Source: Camelus dromedarius (Eukaryota). Taken from it: a stretch of 64,000 bases of DNA. Of the stretch, positions 1 to 13,935 are shown piece by piece. The position numbers and the translations under genes were made by a program. Below the pieces are notes generated by a model, which searched no databases, had not been told where the DNA came from, and saw nothing but the letters and a program-made list of their open reading frames with translations. The stretch lies in assembly GCF_036321535.1 (NCBI RefSeq), contig NC_087436.1, positions 63,862,001 through 63,926,000 on the forward strand. Reading direction: 5' to 3'. Positions within the stretch are counted from its first letter, which is position 1. Each line of letters opens with the position of its first letter.

Positions 1-1389
1 TGTATTTCCATCACTGCCAAAGAATGAAAGCAAACGTCCTAATTTACCTTCAGTTTAGAAGCACTGTTGGGTTTTAACATGCTGTGCACAAAAGAACTTC
101 GGTTTAAGAAAACAGAATGTATAGGATAAAGTTAGATTTCAGTATAGAATTATACTCATTTTAAATTTTAAAATTTTTCTTAAAAATATGTCATGTGTTT
201 ACATCAATCAAAAATATACTTTAATTATATATTACTACTACTAATAATAATGCTGCATTTATTTACTAATCAATGTATTGCATATTAATTGAGAGTCTAT
301 TCATTGTTTCTAGGTGTACAAAGTTAATAATATATCCTTCTGGCCCTGAATGTCTCTCTAAATTAAATGCAATGTTTTGTCTTTTTACTGCAGCGAATAG
401 ATATCTCTATGCCTGTATTTCACCAAAAATACTGACATTCTAGTTTGCCATCTATTTCCACAACTAAACTACAAATTTTTGGAAGGATGGGTGATATTAT
501 ATTTTTGTTTGTATGCTAATCCTAGTAGATCTAACATAACATGTAATACAATGCAGGCATTCTATAAATATTGGTAAGTTTGAGTTCATACAAAATGAAC
601 ATGGAATAACTGAGGTATGTATAAAATATCAGGAATTAGAGAAAAAGGAAAAAGAAGGCAAGAAATTGTTTAAATCATAGAAACCTGAGTCTTGATGAAT
701 GACCAACAGTTCCTAGCATAGGTCTTGCAACTCGTTTGTCTTCCTGAAGCACTATAGCACTAATTCCTACATCAATCCCCAAAACGTCTTATTCCTACCT
801 ACAGAAAGAAGAGATCCGGTAGTCAGCTTTACTGGCTCCTCCACAAAGATGGCTTCCTGGGAAACTGTGTAGCATTGAGTCAAATTTGAAGAATAACATA
901 AAAAGAAGCCGAACTCATTTTCAGCCATCAGCCACGTCAAAGAGATGCTTCATAATTAAATAAAACAAGGTAAAAAAATTCTAACTATTGATACCCTAAA
1001 TAATAATGTTTTATTTTATTCATACATTCGTTCATTTTGCAAAATATATGTGGACCTACTAAGCACCAGCACTGTTCAAGGTTGGGCGTGTGGCGAGAGA
1101 GTTTTTTCAAATTCCTTTCATTTCTTTCCAAGGGCAGAGACTGGGTTGGGGATGGCATACTTCATTCAGGACAGTAAAGAGGACACATTTATCCAGTTTT
1201 TAATAAATACATTCTAAAACGTAGCACAAATGATTACAAAACAAAGTGAACATTTTAAGAGAAAATGTGTAGATATTATAAACGTTTTTCCCTTACTATA
1301 GTCACTTAACCTGACTTAGGAGGTGCGAAGGGATCTACACATCGGGGTGGGGGACTCAACAGAGCCTGTTTAACTTATTAAGTTCAACA

Positions 1390-1712
1390 GTCTAAAAAGT
1401 CTACAAATAATAAATACTGGAAAGGGTGTGGAGAAAAGAGAACACTCATATATGTTAATGGGAATATAAATTGTTGTAGCCACTATAGAAAACAGTATGA
1501 ATGTTCCTTAAAAAACTAAAAATAGTTACCATAAGATCCAGCAACCTTACTCCTGGGTATATATCCAGAAAAATCAAAAATTCTAATTCAAAAAGATATA
1601 TGTACCCCAATGTTTGTATCAACACTATTTACAATAGTCAAGACATGGAAACAACCCAAGTGCTCATGAACAGACAACTGGCTTAAGAAGATGTGGTATA
1701 TATAGGTGTGTG

Positions 1713-1750
<38 letters not shown>

Positions 1751-2269
1751 ATACATATTATATAGAATATACATATATAGAATATATGGATATAGAATAT
1801 ACATGTGTAGAATATACATATATATATTAAAATGAAATACTACTAAGCCAGAAAAAAGAATGAAATAATGCTATTTACAACAAAACGGATGGATCTAGAG
1901 AATACTATACTTAGTGAAGTAAGTCAGAAAAAGACAAATACTATATGATATCACTTGTATATGGAATCTAAAAAATAATACAAATGAATCTTTGTACAAA
2001 ACAGAAACAGACTCACAGACATAGAAAACAAATCTATATTTACCAAAAGGGAGTGGGAGGGAGGAGGGATAAATTGGGAATATTGGATTAATAGACACAA
2101 ACTACTATACATAAAATAGATAAATAAGGATTTACTGTATAGCACAGGGAATTATACTTGATAGCTTATAATAACCCACAATGAACTATAATCAGAATAA
2201 CTGAATCAATATACTGTACACTTGAAACTAACACAATATTGTAAGTGAACTATACTTCACTTTAAAAAA
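1390..2269 (+). mobile_element. 5'-truncated L1 3' end (ORF2 C-terminus + 3'UTR), artiodactyl/camelid-type
   Basis: Typical L1 motifs ggtgtggagaaaagagaacac, gatccagcaacc..ctcctgggtatatatcc, gactcacagacatagaaaacaaa and an A-rich end. ORF 1501-1686 is a decayed ORF2 C-terminal fragment. Confidence 0.92.
1700..1830. repeat. (TA)n microsatellite with derived ATAGAATATACAT-type units inside the L1
   Basis: Directly visible TA run followed by repeated tagaatatacat units. Confidence 0.9.
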
Positions 2270-2599
2270 GTCAGTGGTCCACTTTACTTTTCCTAACCTG
2301 GAGGTATCAGAGAATCTCAGCACCCACAAGGAGCATTTCCTCCAGGTTCTCCCATAACTAGTTCTTGTTTACAAAGACTCCTCACAGTAACAATTCAATG
2401 AGCAGAACCCATAAGAAAAATCCCAGAAGGACATGCACAAGAATTGCCTGTATATACTGGTGTCACCTCAAATTGTACGGTGCAACATTGGAATAAGGGC
2501 ATTTTGAAACTTGCATGCACTCAATCCTTGTATAAGTCTAAGATCTGGGCCAGTCGTACTGAATTCCAGCTTATGCCTGGCACTAATACAACATTTTCA

Positions 2600-2830
2600 G
2601 GTAATTTTTATAGAAGTTCTGCCTAAAAAGCTGCTTTGAATTACCTTTTTGCAACTCAGCAAGTCACCCACTTCCATTCCTTCCCCTGTATCAAAGGGGC
2701 TAAAAGCCTGGGAACTACATTTCCCAGAATATCTGAGCTAATTCCCACCAGTGACACATATTCATGCGAGATTTGGAGGAAGAAGGAATGCAGAAATGAG
2801 ATTTTGCAGAAGCCTCCTGGGAGTCACTCA
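2600..2830 (+). mobile_element. ERVL LTR fragment (LTR33/LTR41-like)
   Basis: ggctaaaagcctgggaactacatttcccagaa...gcgagatttggagg resembles the recalled LTR33/LTR41 5' part. Confidence 0.55.
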
Positions 2831-2944
2831 CCTCAGTTCTGAAGCTGTGGTCATCACCAAGTAGTGTATTACACTCTTTATAACTTCTAAAATAATCCAA
2901 AAGCAATGATACAGTTTCCTTTTTTTTTTAATCCACTGACTTAG

Positions 2945-3045
2945 AGAAAGATTTATCGAATATTTTCTATAAGCCAGGTACTGGCAAGGTGCTGTCGATA
3001 CAAAATCAAATAAACATGTCCCTGCTCCAAAGGGGCTTATTATAA
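2945..3045 (-). mobile_element. L2 3'-end fragment
   Basis: atttatcgaatattttctataagccaggtactg...tccctgctcc is the reverse complement of the L2 tail. Confidence 0.6.
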
Positions 3046-5409
3046 TTTTTATAACTATCTGACTACAACAAAAAGACTCAAACCTATAGAGATTGATAAG
3101 GCACGCTAGTTTTGCTTTCACTGAATACTGAACACGGCTGCAATTTGATCCTGTAAAGTTGCCAAGGCAATGCCAACTGTCTCTGACAGCATATGGGGGT
3201 AGACAGACACTCACATACACAGACACAGTGATGCTGTAAGACTCCTTTGTAAGATACCAAACTAAAAATAAAAGTTTTCATCAAGACTGTATTTTATCAC
3301 ATTAAAATAGCCTAATTTGCCAGGCTGTGGGGAGAATACATGCCGAACCACTTCTGGCAGTTTGAAATGTGATCTAAATATACTAGAAGATGCAATTTCT
3401 TTTGCCTCATGCACTTCAGAGTCTCCTCACGGAACAGTATTTACAGGTAGCATAAGGAACAGAGTAAGAATGTTTATCACACTTTTCATCCCTACATGCC
3501 TTAGCGGACACCTCCTTCCTTCTATCAGACTTCAATGAGGAAATTGTGAATACCTCATTTAAGCCAAGTATCTTTATATGTATAGTTTAACTCATGACTT
3601 TAAAAACGAAGATTTTATAATCCTAAAATACTTTGGGTTGCATGCAGGATATCAATTTTATATTAAATTCAAATAGGAGACACAGAGTTGTTTTTATAAG
3701 AGATAAACTGAGATAGCACTAAGCTTTTACTGCTGTCTTCTCACTGAAGTCAACAAAGAAGCCAATAGGAAACAGAATAGTTTGCTTTTCATCTGGTATT
3801 TTTATTTGCACATTTCTGTTAACAAAAAAACCCCTTCTCTTCTTAAAACACTATTTAGTTAAGCATGAGTATTATACATGGAATAATTCATTAGGTTAAC
3901 AAAGAGATTAACAATAATATATTCAGGAGAACTTGATGATAAAGGAAACCAGGGCTCAAAATAATCGCAGCCAGTATGTCACTGACCTTTTCAGAATATA
4001 AACTTTCTCTCTATTGATGGCTCTACAGATTCTCCACAGCCTGTTCTGGCAAAAACCCTGCATTTTCCTTCTTCACCTTGTTGAGAAGGAACAAAGCCAT
4101 CATATTTTTTTAATTAAGCAAAGTAACATATACTAGAAATCTCAAATATGTCAAGGTGAAAATAAGTCATTAATAACAAACTGGAGAATATATCCAGAGT
4201 GAATAACAAAGTTCGACTTAAAGTTATCTTAAAAAAAGAAAATCTAATTTTAAAAAAACAGTATTACTAGTATATGATTACAGTGGAAATATCCCATCAA
4301 AGGCAAGACTAGAAGAACAAATTAAGTCCTTGTCATGGCCATGAGACAGTTAAGAGTAATCCCACCATAGCCAGTGCCACTAAGTGGGTGCTTGGGATAT
4401 TCAAAGCAACGTCATGATGCTGCCAAAGAAGGCATCTGTCTCTAGCTTGATCTCCAAATGGAAAAATGAAATTGTTTACTACTGTGCCTGAAATAGTAAA
4501 CGAATAAGTAAGTGAGTGAGTGAATGACTGAATAAATGAATGAATAAGTAGAGTCCTTCTGATCAACCCAAGATCACACAGGACACAGAAAATTACAACC
4601 AATATTGCAGAACAGCATACTCCAAATAGACAGAGAAGCCATACTCAAGTTAAATATAATCATAGACACTTTGCAGGAAATATCACAGGGAATACATGTC
4701 TATAGAAAACTTGTGATAAAAACTTGGTGCTTGAAACAAAATATTGTGAGAGACAAAAATCTTCTGAAAACTGAAAATAAGGATTCTGAAATAACAGCGC
4801 AGGCAGTTCACAAAGAGCCTTCAGTACTGCTGATTAAAGCCCTGTTTCCCATCCTCTGGTAGGAATGCCTGGAGATGACTTTTTTTTTTTTTTTCAAAAA
4901 TACGTATTTATTAACCTGGCAAGTGTAATTTAAAAATTTGCAGATGATTCTCAGTAACCTCGTCCTCAAAAAGTCCTTACTTAAGAAGAACTGGAAGTTC
5001 ACATCACAACCAACAAACTACCTTTATTGTTGTTAAACAATTGTATGTTTAAGCGAATGCATCCATAAAATATATAATGTTCTCAATCCAGAAAGAAGAT
5101 TCAATTGTACTTTTCTAATCCCATGTTATTTTGTAATTGCTTAAGCAAAACAACTATTCCAAGTACTTTTTAAGTTGTTCCTGGAGTGATGAAATCTACC
5201 TGACAATTCCAGTTAAAATTCTCACATTTAAAGCAGTCAAAATGAGGTATGTATCATCTCTTAGAGAATTGTCTCCATTGTCTTATTTCTATATAGATGT
5301 GTGATATATGTTACTAAATAAAAGATCTTTCCAGGGTGATTATAATGTAATTTTTCTCTTAGATACAATCCCATGTATTTATATTTAATTTGTGTAGACA
5401 ATGTAATAA

Positions 5410-5850
5410 TTATAATATAGTTCAGGCTGCTATAGCAGAGAGATGAAACAAAAATAAGAGAAAAACATATTTCTCTTTTAAACAAAGCCTGATTGAAGCA
5501 TTTCACCCTGGCACAGAGGCTCTCCAGTGTCTGATACCGAGGCTTCTGTTGTCTTTCCCCAGATGTGCAAAGTGGTAAGCCTTCTAATACATAGTCAAGA
5601 TTGCTCACCTCCTTCTAATGAAGAGAAAGGGGGGAGTGGCATGATATCCTCAACAGTTGAAAGCACAACTTGGAAGGTGCAATCAAACTTTATACTCATA
5701 CTATATTTAACAGAAGCTGGTCACATGATCATATATAGCTATAAAGAAGCCAGAGAAAAATATCGTAGTCTTTATTGTGAAAAGCCATGACACAGCCAAA
5801 ACTCAAGGTTCTTATTCTACTGAGAGTGGGTTAGAATACATATTGAGAGA
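5410..5850 (-). mobile_element. MaLR LTR (MLT1J-like)
   Basis: gttcaggctgctatagcagaga...agaagctggtcacatgatc...gtagtctttattg resembles the MLT1J-group consensus. Confidence 0.55.
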
Positions 5851-6335
5851 AGTCTTTGTTTTGGTTCCCCCTAAAATAAATGCTGACCCAAGGAAGTGAT
5901 TTTAGATAGTGATTTCAGGAAGCACAAATAAGGAAATGAAAAAAGTGAGAAGAAAACCTCCAAATAATTGAGCACCAGTAAGCAGGTTAATTCTGTGGAC
6001 CGTGGGGTTAGTGTCCTCTGGGTACACTTGGACAGATGACACGAAACATGCATCGGAATCATCCCACATGACGATGAGAAGTTAACGCCTTGGCTGAAGA
6101 CCCTCATTCCCATTGGACAAGGGTTGCTTCTAAAGACATTCACTATCTCTTATTTCTTGGTTGCCCATGTGCTACAGAGCAAGCTCATACGAGGCCAGAG
6201 AAAGCCCTTGGCAAAGAGGAAAAGACTCACAGCCACTTTAGGTGGAAAGCCACTAGCACACTGGAAATTTCCCTGCTAATACAGTTAGTCTCAGGTGAGT
6301 CACTGGTACATGAGACTCCAACAATATCCATGACA
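5851..6335 (-). mobile_element. ERVL LTR (LTR16C-like)
   Basis: gtctt..ttggttcccc, gtgatttcaggaagcac, gcaggttaattctgtggac and atcatcccac follow the reverse-complemented LTR16C consensus. Confidence 0.7.
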
Positions 6336-7347
6336 AGCAAAAACCAGCAATCTTTGTATTTCATTAAAATTACTTTTTTAACTTAGAAAAGTTTGTCTCT
6401 TATCTCTTAATAGCAAGCCTAAAATTACAATATCAAAAGAACATCTTCTGCAAAATTTACATTTCATATGCCTCATGTGTAAAAACAAATCTCAAAAAAC
6501 TGTCAAAACACTATAATTTTTAGGACACATTTATATGATTGGCTTGAATATCTTTTATGTGTGAGGACCATAATCATATTCTGTTCTGCTTAGTCAAAAC
6601 CAACCATGTCTGACAAGCATTTTTTAGAGCAAAAATTGCATGCTCTATAGTTTTGAAAATATAAAATTAGGATAGCTGTTTAAGAGTTAATACTCAACAT
6701 CATGCTTCTATTACAGTACTCCCAGCACTCTGAACAACATACTGATGCTCTGTTGTCTCTCTCATCGTTACAAAGCACTTGAGGACAAGGTATTTGTCTT
6801 ACCACTTTTCTAATCCTCACAGAGACAAATCCATGCATTGTTTATAATGGATATTCAATTAAGGTTTGCTGAACTGAAAACAACCTCCCATTGTACTTCG
6901 CTCAAAAGAATAATGAATAAAAAGATAAATAAAATAATGGTTAAAATGTAAATCCCATCTATGCAAAGAGAAGCCACTGGCAGCAAATAATAAAAAATAA
7001 CACAAGAATGAAGAAAATACTATTAATTGTACTAGTAATACAAAAACAGAGGAAATGGAATATTGAAAAATAAAGTGTCTCCTGCTGAGTTTTATTATTC
7101 AGATCCCAACCTAAAATTATTAGGTCCTGGCTGGGATTTCATTTACATATGTACATATGTTTTTTCTATTCCTACATTTGACTATTTTTACACTATATGT
7201 TTTCACTTACATTCATATCTGATTAAGAAATAAGAAACTTTATTCACAATATGACTCTGGGCTGGAGGTTAGTGAAATATACAGACCAGTCTCATGATAA
7301 GAAAGAAAATAATTCTGATAAATAAATATAAAAATGTACATATGGAA

Positions 7348-7520
7348 GTGGGTCTCAGCCCATACTCTACATTGGAATCACTTAAGAAACTTTTCAAAAG
7401 TAGTTAATGCATAGGCTCCATCCCCAAGCAAAAGAATCAGAACTTCTGCAGTTGAGACAAAGTATATTTTCCAAAGATTTTCCAGATTATTTCAATTTTG
7501 CAGCCAAGGTTGAGACCCAT
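7348..7520. mobile_element. hAT-Charlie MITE (MER5-like)
   Basis: Terminal inverted repeats gtgggtctcagcc / ggttgagacccat with internal acattggaatcac and gaatcagaa motifs. Confidence 0.75.
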
Positions 7521-9384
7521 CAATTAGACAGAAAAAAAAAATGTTTTTAAAGTAGCATCATATCTCATCACAATTACCGGGTAAAAGCATAAAGATGTTA
7601 TTCTGTGACAAAAGAGAACATCAAAGATGGGAATTTAGCACGTTAAATATCCTATGAAAAGTTAAAATACTGAAATCATGGAACAATAGTGCCTTAAAGA
7701 GTAGATCTTCAATTTGCTGATCATTTTCCTAGAGTTTCTGTTATCATCTAGATTGGATTATAAAAACTAACCTGCCTGGAGGGCTCTCATCACATAAGAG
7801 GAGCCACACCATCAAACTAGATGAGGTAATAGTTCTTAATAAGCAGTTTTCAGAAGTAATGAAGTAAATTCAATTACAGCATACTCTTTCCTCTACCCTT
7901 TTTTTTGGGAATACTCAAGGTATTTACCTGAGCAATCTGAAAGTGAAAAATTGAAGATATAGATGAAAATCTTAATTAACATATATCTTGTATATGTTTT
8001 CTTCTTTCAAAACCAATTAATTATATTAAGTTTTAAATACTAAAAATTGTTTATAATCACTGCCTTTTATTTTTTAAATGTTTGTGTTTATATAACAACT
8101 AAAATACATAAGTCTTTTACATGTCTTGCAATTCATCATAACTCCTCATCCTATATATAGCAATAAATTATCTTAGAACTGAAAGGAACCTTCAGAATCA
8201 CTTCTTATTTTCAGTTGAAGAAAATGTCAAGGATCAAAATATCAAAATAAGTTTGTCAAGATTACATAGCATAGGAGTTCTCAGCAAGGAGTCTCAACAC
8301 ACTGTTGTCATTAGCAGTTTTGAACCATATTACAAGTAATGTGTGATTAATAATAGAAAAAAGTTTGTTAACTATTTTCAGGTTTTTAGAGCAGACTTTA
8401 TAAGCTTACATCTACACTCTTTTGTTTCTTTCTTACCTGAATGTCAATATGCTATTTTCAGTAAGTGCAAAAGTATTAGATTTATGACTATGATGCTGAA
8501 AATATTGTGTGAGAATGTATCACAACAGTAATTTTCATTTACTGTGTGCATTTTGACAAAACAACAATGTTGAAAACCTCTAATATAATTTGTTGTAGAT
8601 TCAAGCTCAGAATCTGAAGTTCCAACTTTCTCCAGTAACAGTCTACATGTTTTAGTGCAGCATCTTGCATGCACCCCTGTAACACAATGCTAAAATGGAA
8701 GCTTCAGCTGAGACTGTTAAGATGAGGAATGTCAAACATCAAAGTGAGACATCAAACTACAAACAAATTTCAAAGTAGGTGGTGAAGAACCAGTGGGATG
8801 ACTCAAAGTCCTCACTGACACTGAAAATACAAGAAGATTTTTAAAGTTATGTAGAAAGGAAAAGGATTGTTAAACAAGATTTTGGAAAAGAGCTGTTGGT
8901 TTACAATGAGTCACAAAAAGACCTGGAGTTGTCCTTAGCACAGATTCTGTCCACCAACTCAGTACCTGTTTAGAATCTGCTGATCAAGCACACTGAACAA
9001 TCTGCCACCAGAGTTCTTCCCACCTACCTCCAAACAAAGTTTTGAACTTGGAGGGAAGGAAGGAGCTTACCCTTTCACTAAGGTAAGCTAAATTGAATTG
9101 GGGGAAATTTCCCTGTGAGCAAAGGCAGCAGTTCACTACTACAGTAAATCTCTATTAAATTCCTCGTGTTTGACTGTGTTCTTTATTAGATAATAAAGAC
9201 TATTTTATTGACTAGTCACTCCACCTTCCTATAATATGTAACTTTGACATTCATATCATCCAGGATATTAATGATTATTTTGGACAGGGCAGAGGGCATA
9301 GTCTTGTGGCACAATGTTAAATATATTAAAAGTTGGCCTTAATATATTAATCACATCCTCCAGGGAAAGCTTTCCAACTACCAA

Positions 9385-9950
9385 ATGTTAATGATTTTAA
9401 GACCTACATTTTTCTCACATCTTAACATATCTAAAATCAGAATAGTGTCACGTAAGTATTATTGGCAGGTCAATGATGTAGCTTCATTGTCAGTCCTTGT
9501 ACTAACAACCAAACAAGCAACATGAAAACTTACAGAATGGGTGGGAGCTGTTTGATAGAAAGTTCTGAAGACTATAGCAGAGGACTATTTCATAACTACT
9601 GTACCATTAATTCTCTTGACATCCCAGAGGACAATATTATCTGAAAATATATAATCTCTGATGACATAGATTCAGAAGATTCTGAATGTGAAGACATTTC
9701 AGAAATCACTGAAGAATTAATTGCATTTCCATAGTTGTTTTAACATATTCATAAGAGTGATATATAAAAAGTCTATGCCAAAAATTAGACTTAAACAGCT
9801 TTTTCAGTAATTATAATGCAGCACTTCCAGGGAATAAGAAAGTACTGGGTCATATTAATGGAAAATACTTTCATTTTCTTTCTTTGTGTTATAGAAGGAG
9901 AAAATACATGTTAACAACATCTTACAGTTACAATAGATTTACAATATAAA
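9385..9950 (+). mobile_element. TcMar-Tc2 DNA transposon remnant (Kanga1/MER104-like)
   Basis: acatttttctcacatcttaacatatctaaaatcag and ctcttgacatcccagaggacaatatt...ttcagaagattctgaatgtgaaga match recalled Kanga1 segments. Confidence 0.6.
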
Positions 9951-10172
9951 ATAGTTTATATTGATATTATATTAATTATCATATTTTATAGTTAATATAT
10001 TTAATTATATAATGTATGTTATACAATTATATTAATATATTTATATAATATATATTAATTTAATTAATTATATTAATGTAATTGGTTATATTAATATAAT
10101 TAATTTTATATATTATTAATTACATTGCATATTTATATATTTAATATTATGATAGAATATAAAATATTAATT
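9950..10172. repeat. AT-rich low-complexity tract
   Basis: About 220 bp made almost entirely of A/T (ttata/taata units). Confidence 0.9.
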
Positions 10173-10657
10173 AAAAAGCTAACTTTATATCTCAACAGAC
10201 TAGAACAGGAAGAATAAAGTAAGTTCAAAAAATCAGAAGTCAGGAAATATTAAAGATTATAGAACAAATAAACAAAATAGAGGATAGAAAAACAATAGAA
10301 AAAAATCAGTGAAACTGAGCTTTTTAAAAAATCAACAAAATTAACAAACCTTTAGCTAGACTGAAAAGTAAAAGACAAGATTCAAATAGATAAAATCAGA
10401 AATGAAAGAGCAGACATTACAACTGATGCTACAGAAATGAACAGAATTATGAGAATACTATAACAATTATATGGCAACAAATTGGACAACTTGGAAGAAA
10501 TGGAAATTTCCTAGAATTATACTACCTACCAAGACTGGATCATAAATAAATAGAAAGTTTGGACAGACCAATAACGGGTAAGAAGATTGAATCAGTAATC
10601 AAAAATCTCCCAAAGAAAAACCCAGGACCTGATTGCTTCACTGGAGAGTTCTACCAA

Positions 10658-10694
<37 letters not shown>

Positions 10695-13226
10695 AGCTGC
10701 AATCCTTTGCAATTCTTCCAGAAAACTAAGGAGGAGGGAACACTTCCAAACTCATTTGTCAAGGCAAGATTTATCCTAATACCAAATCCAGACAATGACC
10801 CTACAAGAAAAGAAAATTATAGGACAATAATCCCTGATGAACATAGATGTAAAAGGCCCCAACAAAACATTAGCAAACTGAGATCAAAAGCACATTAAAC
10901 AGATCATACACCATGATCAAGTGGGATTTATCCCTAGAATGCAGGGAAATTTCAACATATGAAAACCAGTAAATTTGACATTAAAAAATAAAGGATAAAA
11001 ATCATATGATCACCTCAAAAGATGCAGAAAAATTATTTGACAAAATTCAACACCCTTTCATGATAAAAACTCTCAACAAACTAGGAATAGAAGATTACTA
11101 CAACATAATAAATGTTATATAAAAGCCACAACTAACAGCACATACAACAGTAAAAAGACGAAAGCTTTTCCACTAAGATCAGGAATAAGATAAGGATGCC
11201 CACTCTCACCACTTCTATTCGACATAGTACTGAAATTGCTAGCTAGAGTAATTAGGTAAGAAAAAGATATAAAAGGCATCTAAATTTGAAAGAAGCAAAA
11301 TTTCCTGTTTGCAGATGATGTGATCTTAAATGTAGAAAATCCTAAAGATTTCATTAAAAAAATATTAGAACTAATAATATATTCAGCAAGGTGTCATGAA
11401 ACAAAATCAACATACAAAACTCAGTTGCATACCTGTACACTGACAATATGAATAGAAAATTAATAAAATTAGTCCATTTACAATACTATCAAAAAATACT
11501 TAGCTATAAACTTAAACAAGGAGACAAAAGACATATACACAAAAACTACAAAAGTATTGCTGAAAGAAGGTAAAGAAGGCACAAATAAAGACATCCTGTG
11601 TTCATGGACTGGAAGACTTAATATTATTTAAATGTTCATACTATCCAAAGTGATCTACAATTCAATTCAATGCTTTCTGAAAACAGCATTGTTCTCAGAG
11701 ATGGAAAGAAATAATCCTAAAATTCATATGTAATCACAAAGAACTCTGGCTATCCAAAGCAATTAAAAAAAAAAAAAAAGTTGAGGTATCATATGTCCTC
11801 ATTCCAAAATATACTGCAAAGCTACAGTAATCAAAGCTGTATGATATAGGTATAAAGACAGGCATACAGACCATTGGAACAGAAGAGAAAGTTCATCAAT
11901 AAACCTGTACATATACAGTCAAAGGATCTTTGACGAAAATGACAAAGATAATACAATAGGGAATGGACTGTCTCTTCAAATGGTATTGAGAAACTGAATA
12001 TCACTATGCAAAAGAATGAAGTTGGACACATATATCACACATGAAAATCAATGAAAAATTGATTAAAAACTTATAGACCTGAAACTATAAAATTATTAGA
12101 GAAAAGCAAAGGAAAAGTTTTATGACATTGATTTTGACAATAATTTCTTGGATAGGACACTAAGAGCACAGGTAACAAAAGCAAAAATAGACATGAGGCT
12201 ACATCAAATTAAGAAGCTTCTGCACAGCAAAGGAAACAAGCAACAGAATGAAGGCAACCTACAGATTAGGAGAAAATATTTGCAAACCTTATATGTAATA
12301 AAGTGTTAATATCTAAAATGTTTTAAAACTCCTACAACTCAAATGTAAAAAAAAAAAAAATCCTGATTAAAAATGGGCAAAGAACTTGAATAGACATTTC
12401 TCCAAAGAATACACATAGAGGCTAACAGGTATATAAAAAGATGCTCAAATCCCTAATTATAAGAGAAATGTAAATGAAGGCTACAATTGGATGTAACCTT
12501 TTACTTGTTAGGATAGTTATAATAAAAAAGGAAATCAAAATAAGTGGCAGCAAGGATGTAAAGAAAATGGAGTATTTGTGCACAGTTGGAATATAAAATG
12601 GAACAGCCATTTAGACAAACCTCAAAAACTTAAAAATAGAGCTACCACATGATCCAGTAATCCTACTTCCAAGTATTTATACAAAAGAACTGAAAATAGA
12701 ATCTCCATGAGATAATTTGAATTTACTTTTCATTGCAGCTTCATTCACAATAGTCAAGAGGTAGAAGCAACCTAAATGCTCATAAATGGGTGAATGGATA
12801 AAGGAAATGTGAGATACACACTCAGACACACACACACACTCACACGCTATAATATTATTTAGCCTTAAAAAAAGGAGTAAATCCTGTCATATACTATAAC
12901 ATGTATGAAACTTGAGGATGAAATAAGCCAGTCACAAATGGAAAAATACTGCATGATTCCACTTATATGAAGTATCTAAAGTAGTCAGACTCATAGAATC
13001 AGAAAGTAGAATGGTGCTTGCCAGGGGTTGGGGGTAGGAGTGTGTGGAAATGGGAGTTGCTATTCAGTAAGTATAGAATTTCAGTCAAGCAGGATGAAAA
13101 TATTCCAGAGGTCTTCTGTACAAAAATGTGTATATAGTTAACAATACTGTACTGCACACTTAAAATTTGCTTAAGAAGGTACATTTCATATTGTATGTTT
13201 TTTGCCACAATGAAAAAACAAATAAA
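10173..13226 (+). mobile_element. Old 5'-truncated L1 (L1MA/L1MB-type): degraded ORF2 with RT domain, 3'UTR and A tail
   Basis: ORF 10707-10898 (EEGTLPNSF..LIPNPD..RKENYR) is L1 ORF2. tttgcagatgatgtgatc at ~11308 encodes the RT FADD motif. Many stops and frameshifts; the 3'UTR ends gccacaatgaaaaaacaaataaa. Confidence 0.95.
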
Positions 13227-13789
13227 TTCTCTTACCTAAATATCCCCATGTGGAAAACAGGGTACATGTATATATGTAATAAACTTATCATGAGGGTTAA
13301 CTCATTAATATAAATAGAATTCCTACAGCAGTACCTGGAATGTCATCAGGTACTGCTGTTGTTTATTTTTATATAAATCTATAAATAAATATATTATTGA
13401 TCTGTGTTGTTATATAAATAAAGGTACTATTGAAGGTTAATAAATATCGATAATTGATTGACAATTAAGAAGTGGAAAAAAAATGTCAATAAAGCAAGTA
13501 ATTAAGCCAAGCACCAATAATGCTATTAATTAAACCAACAGTAAAATTTGCCCAGTGGGGACAGTTATTTGAAAGTTGCATGATGGTATCCTGGTAGCCC
13601 ACTATTCTTTTGTCATTGTTAGTCTTGGTTCAAAGCAACTGGTAAAAGATCTATTACTATTTTTCATTATTTCCTTATACAATAACATTCATTTAATTTT
13701 TTCTTATATTTGATATCAATTGCTTTAATGATATCCAATAATAAATTCAATATATTAATAGCACGAAACTGTGTAGCATTAGCTGAGAT

Positions 13790-13935
13790 TACATATAGGT
13801 GCTAATACACAAGAAGAAAACCTGAATTCTAGTACTGGAGTCCTTCTATTAGCCATGTGACCTCAGGCAAACACTTAAACTTCTCTGGGCTCACTTCTCT
13901 CTCTGAGAGGATTAGGCTGGAAAATTGAGGTGTCT
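13790..13935 (+). mobile_element. MIR fragment
   Basis: cctgaattctagt...tagccatgtgacctcaggcaaacacttaaacttctctgggctcac is the MIR core. Confidence 0.75.
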
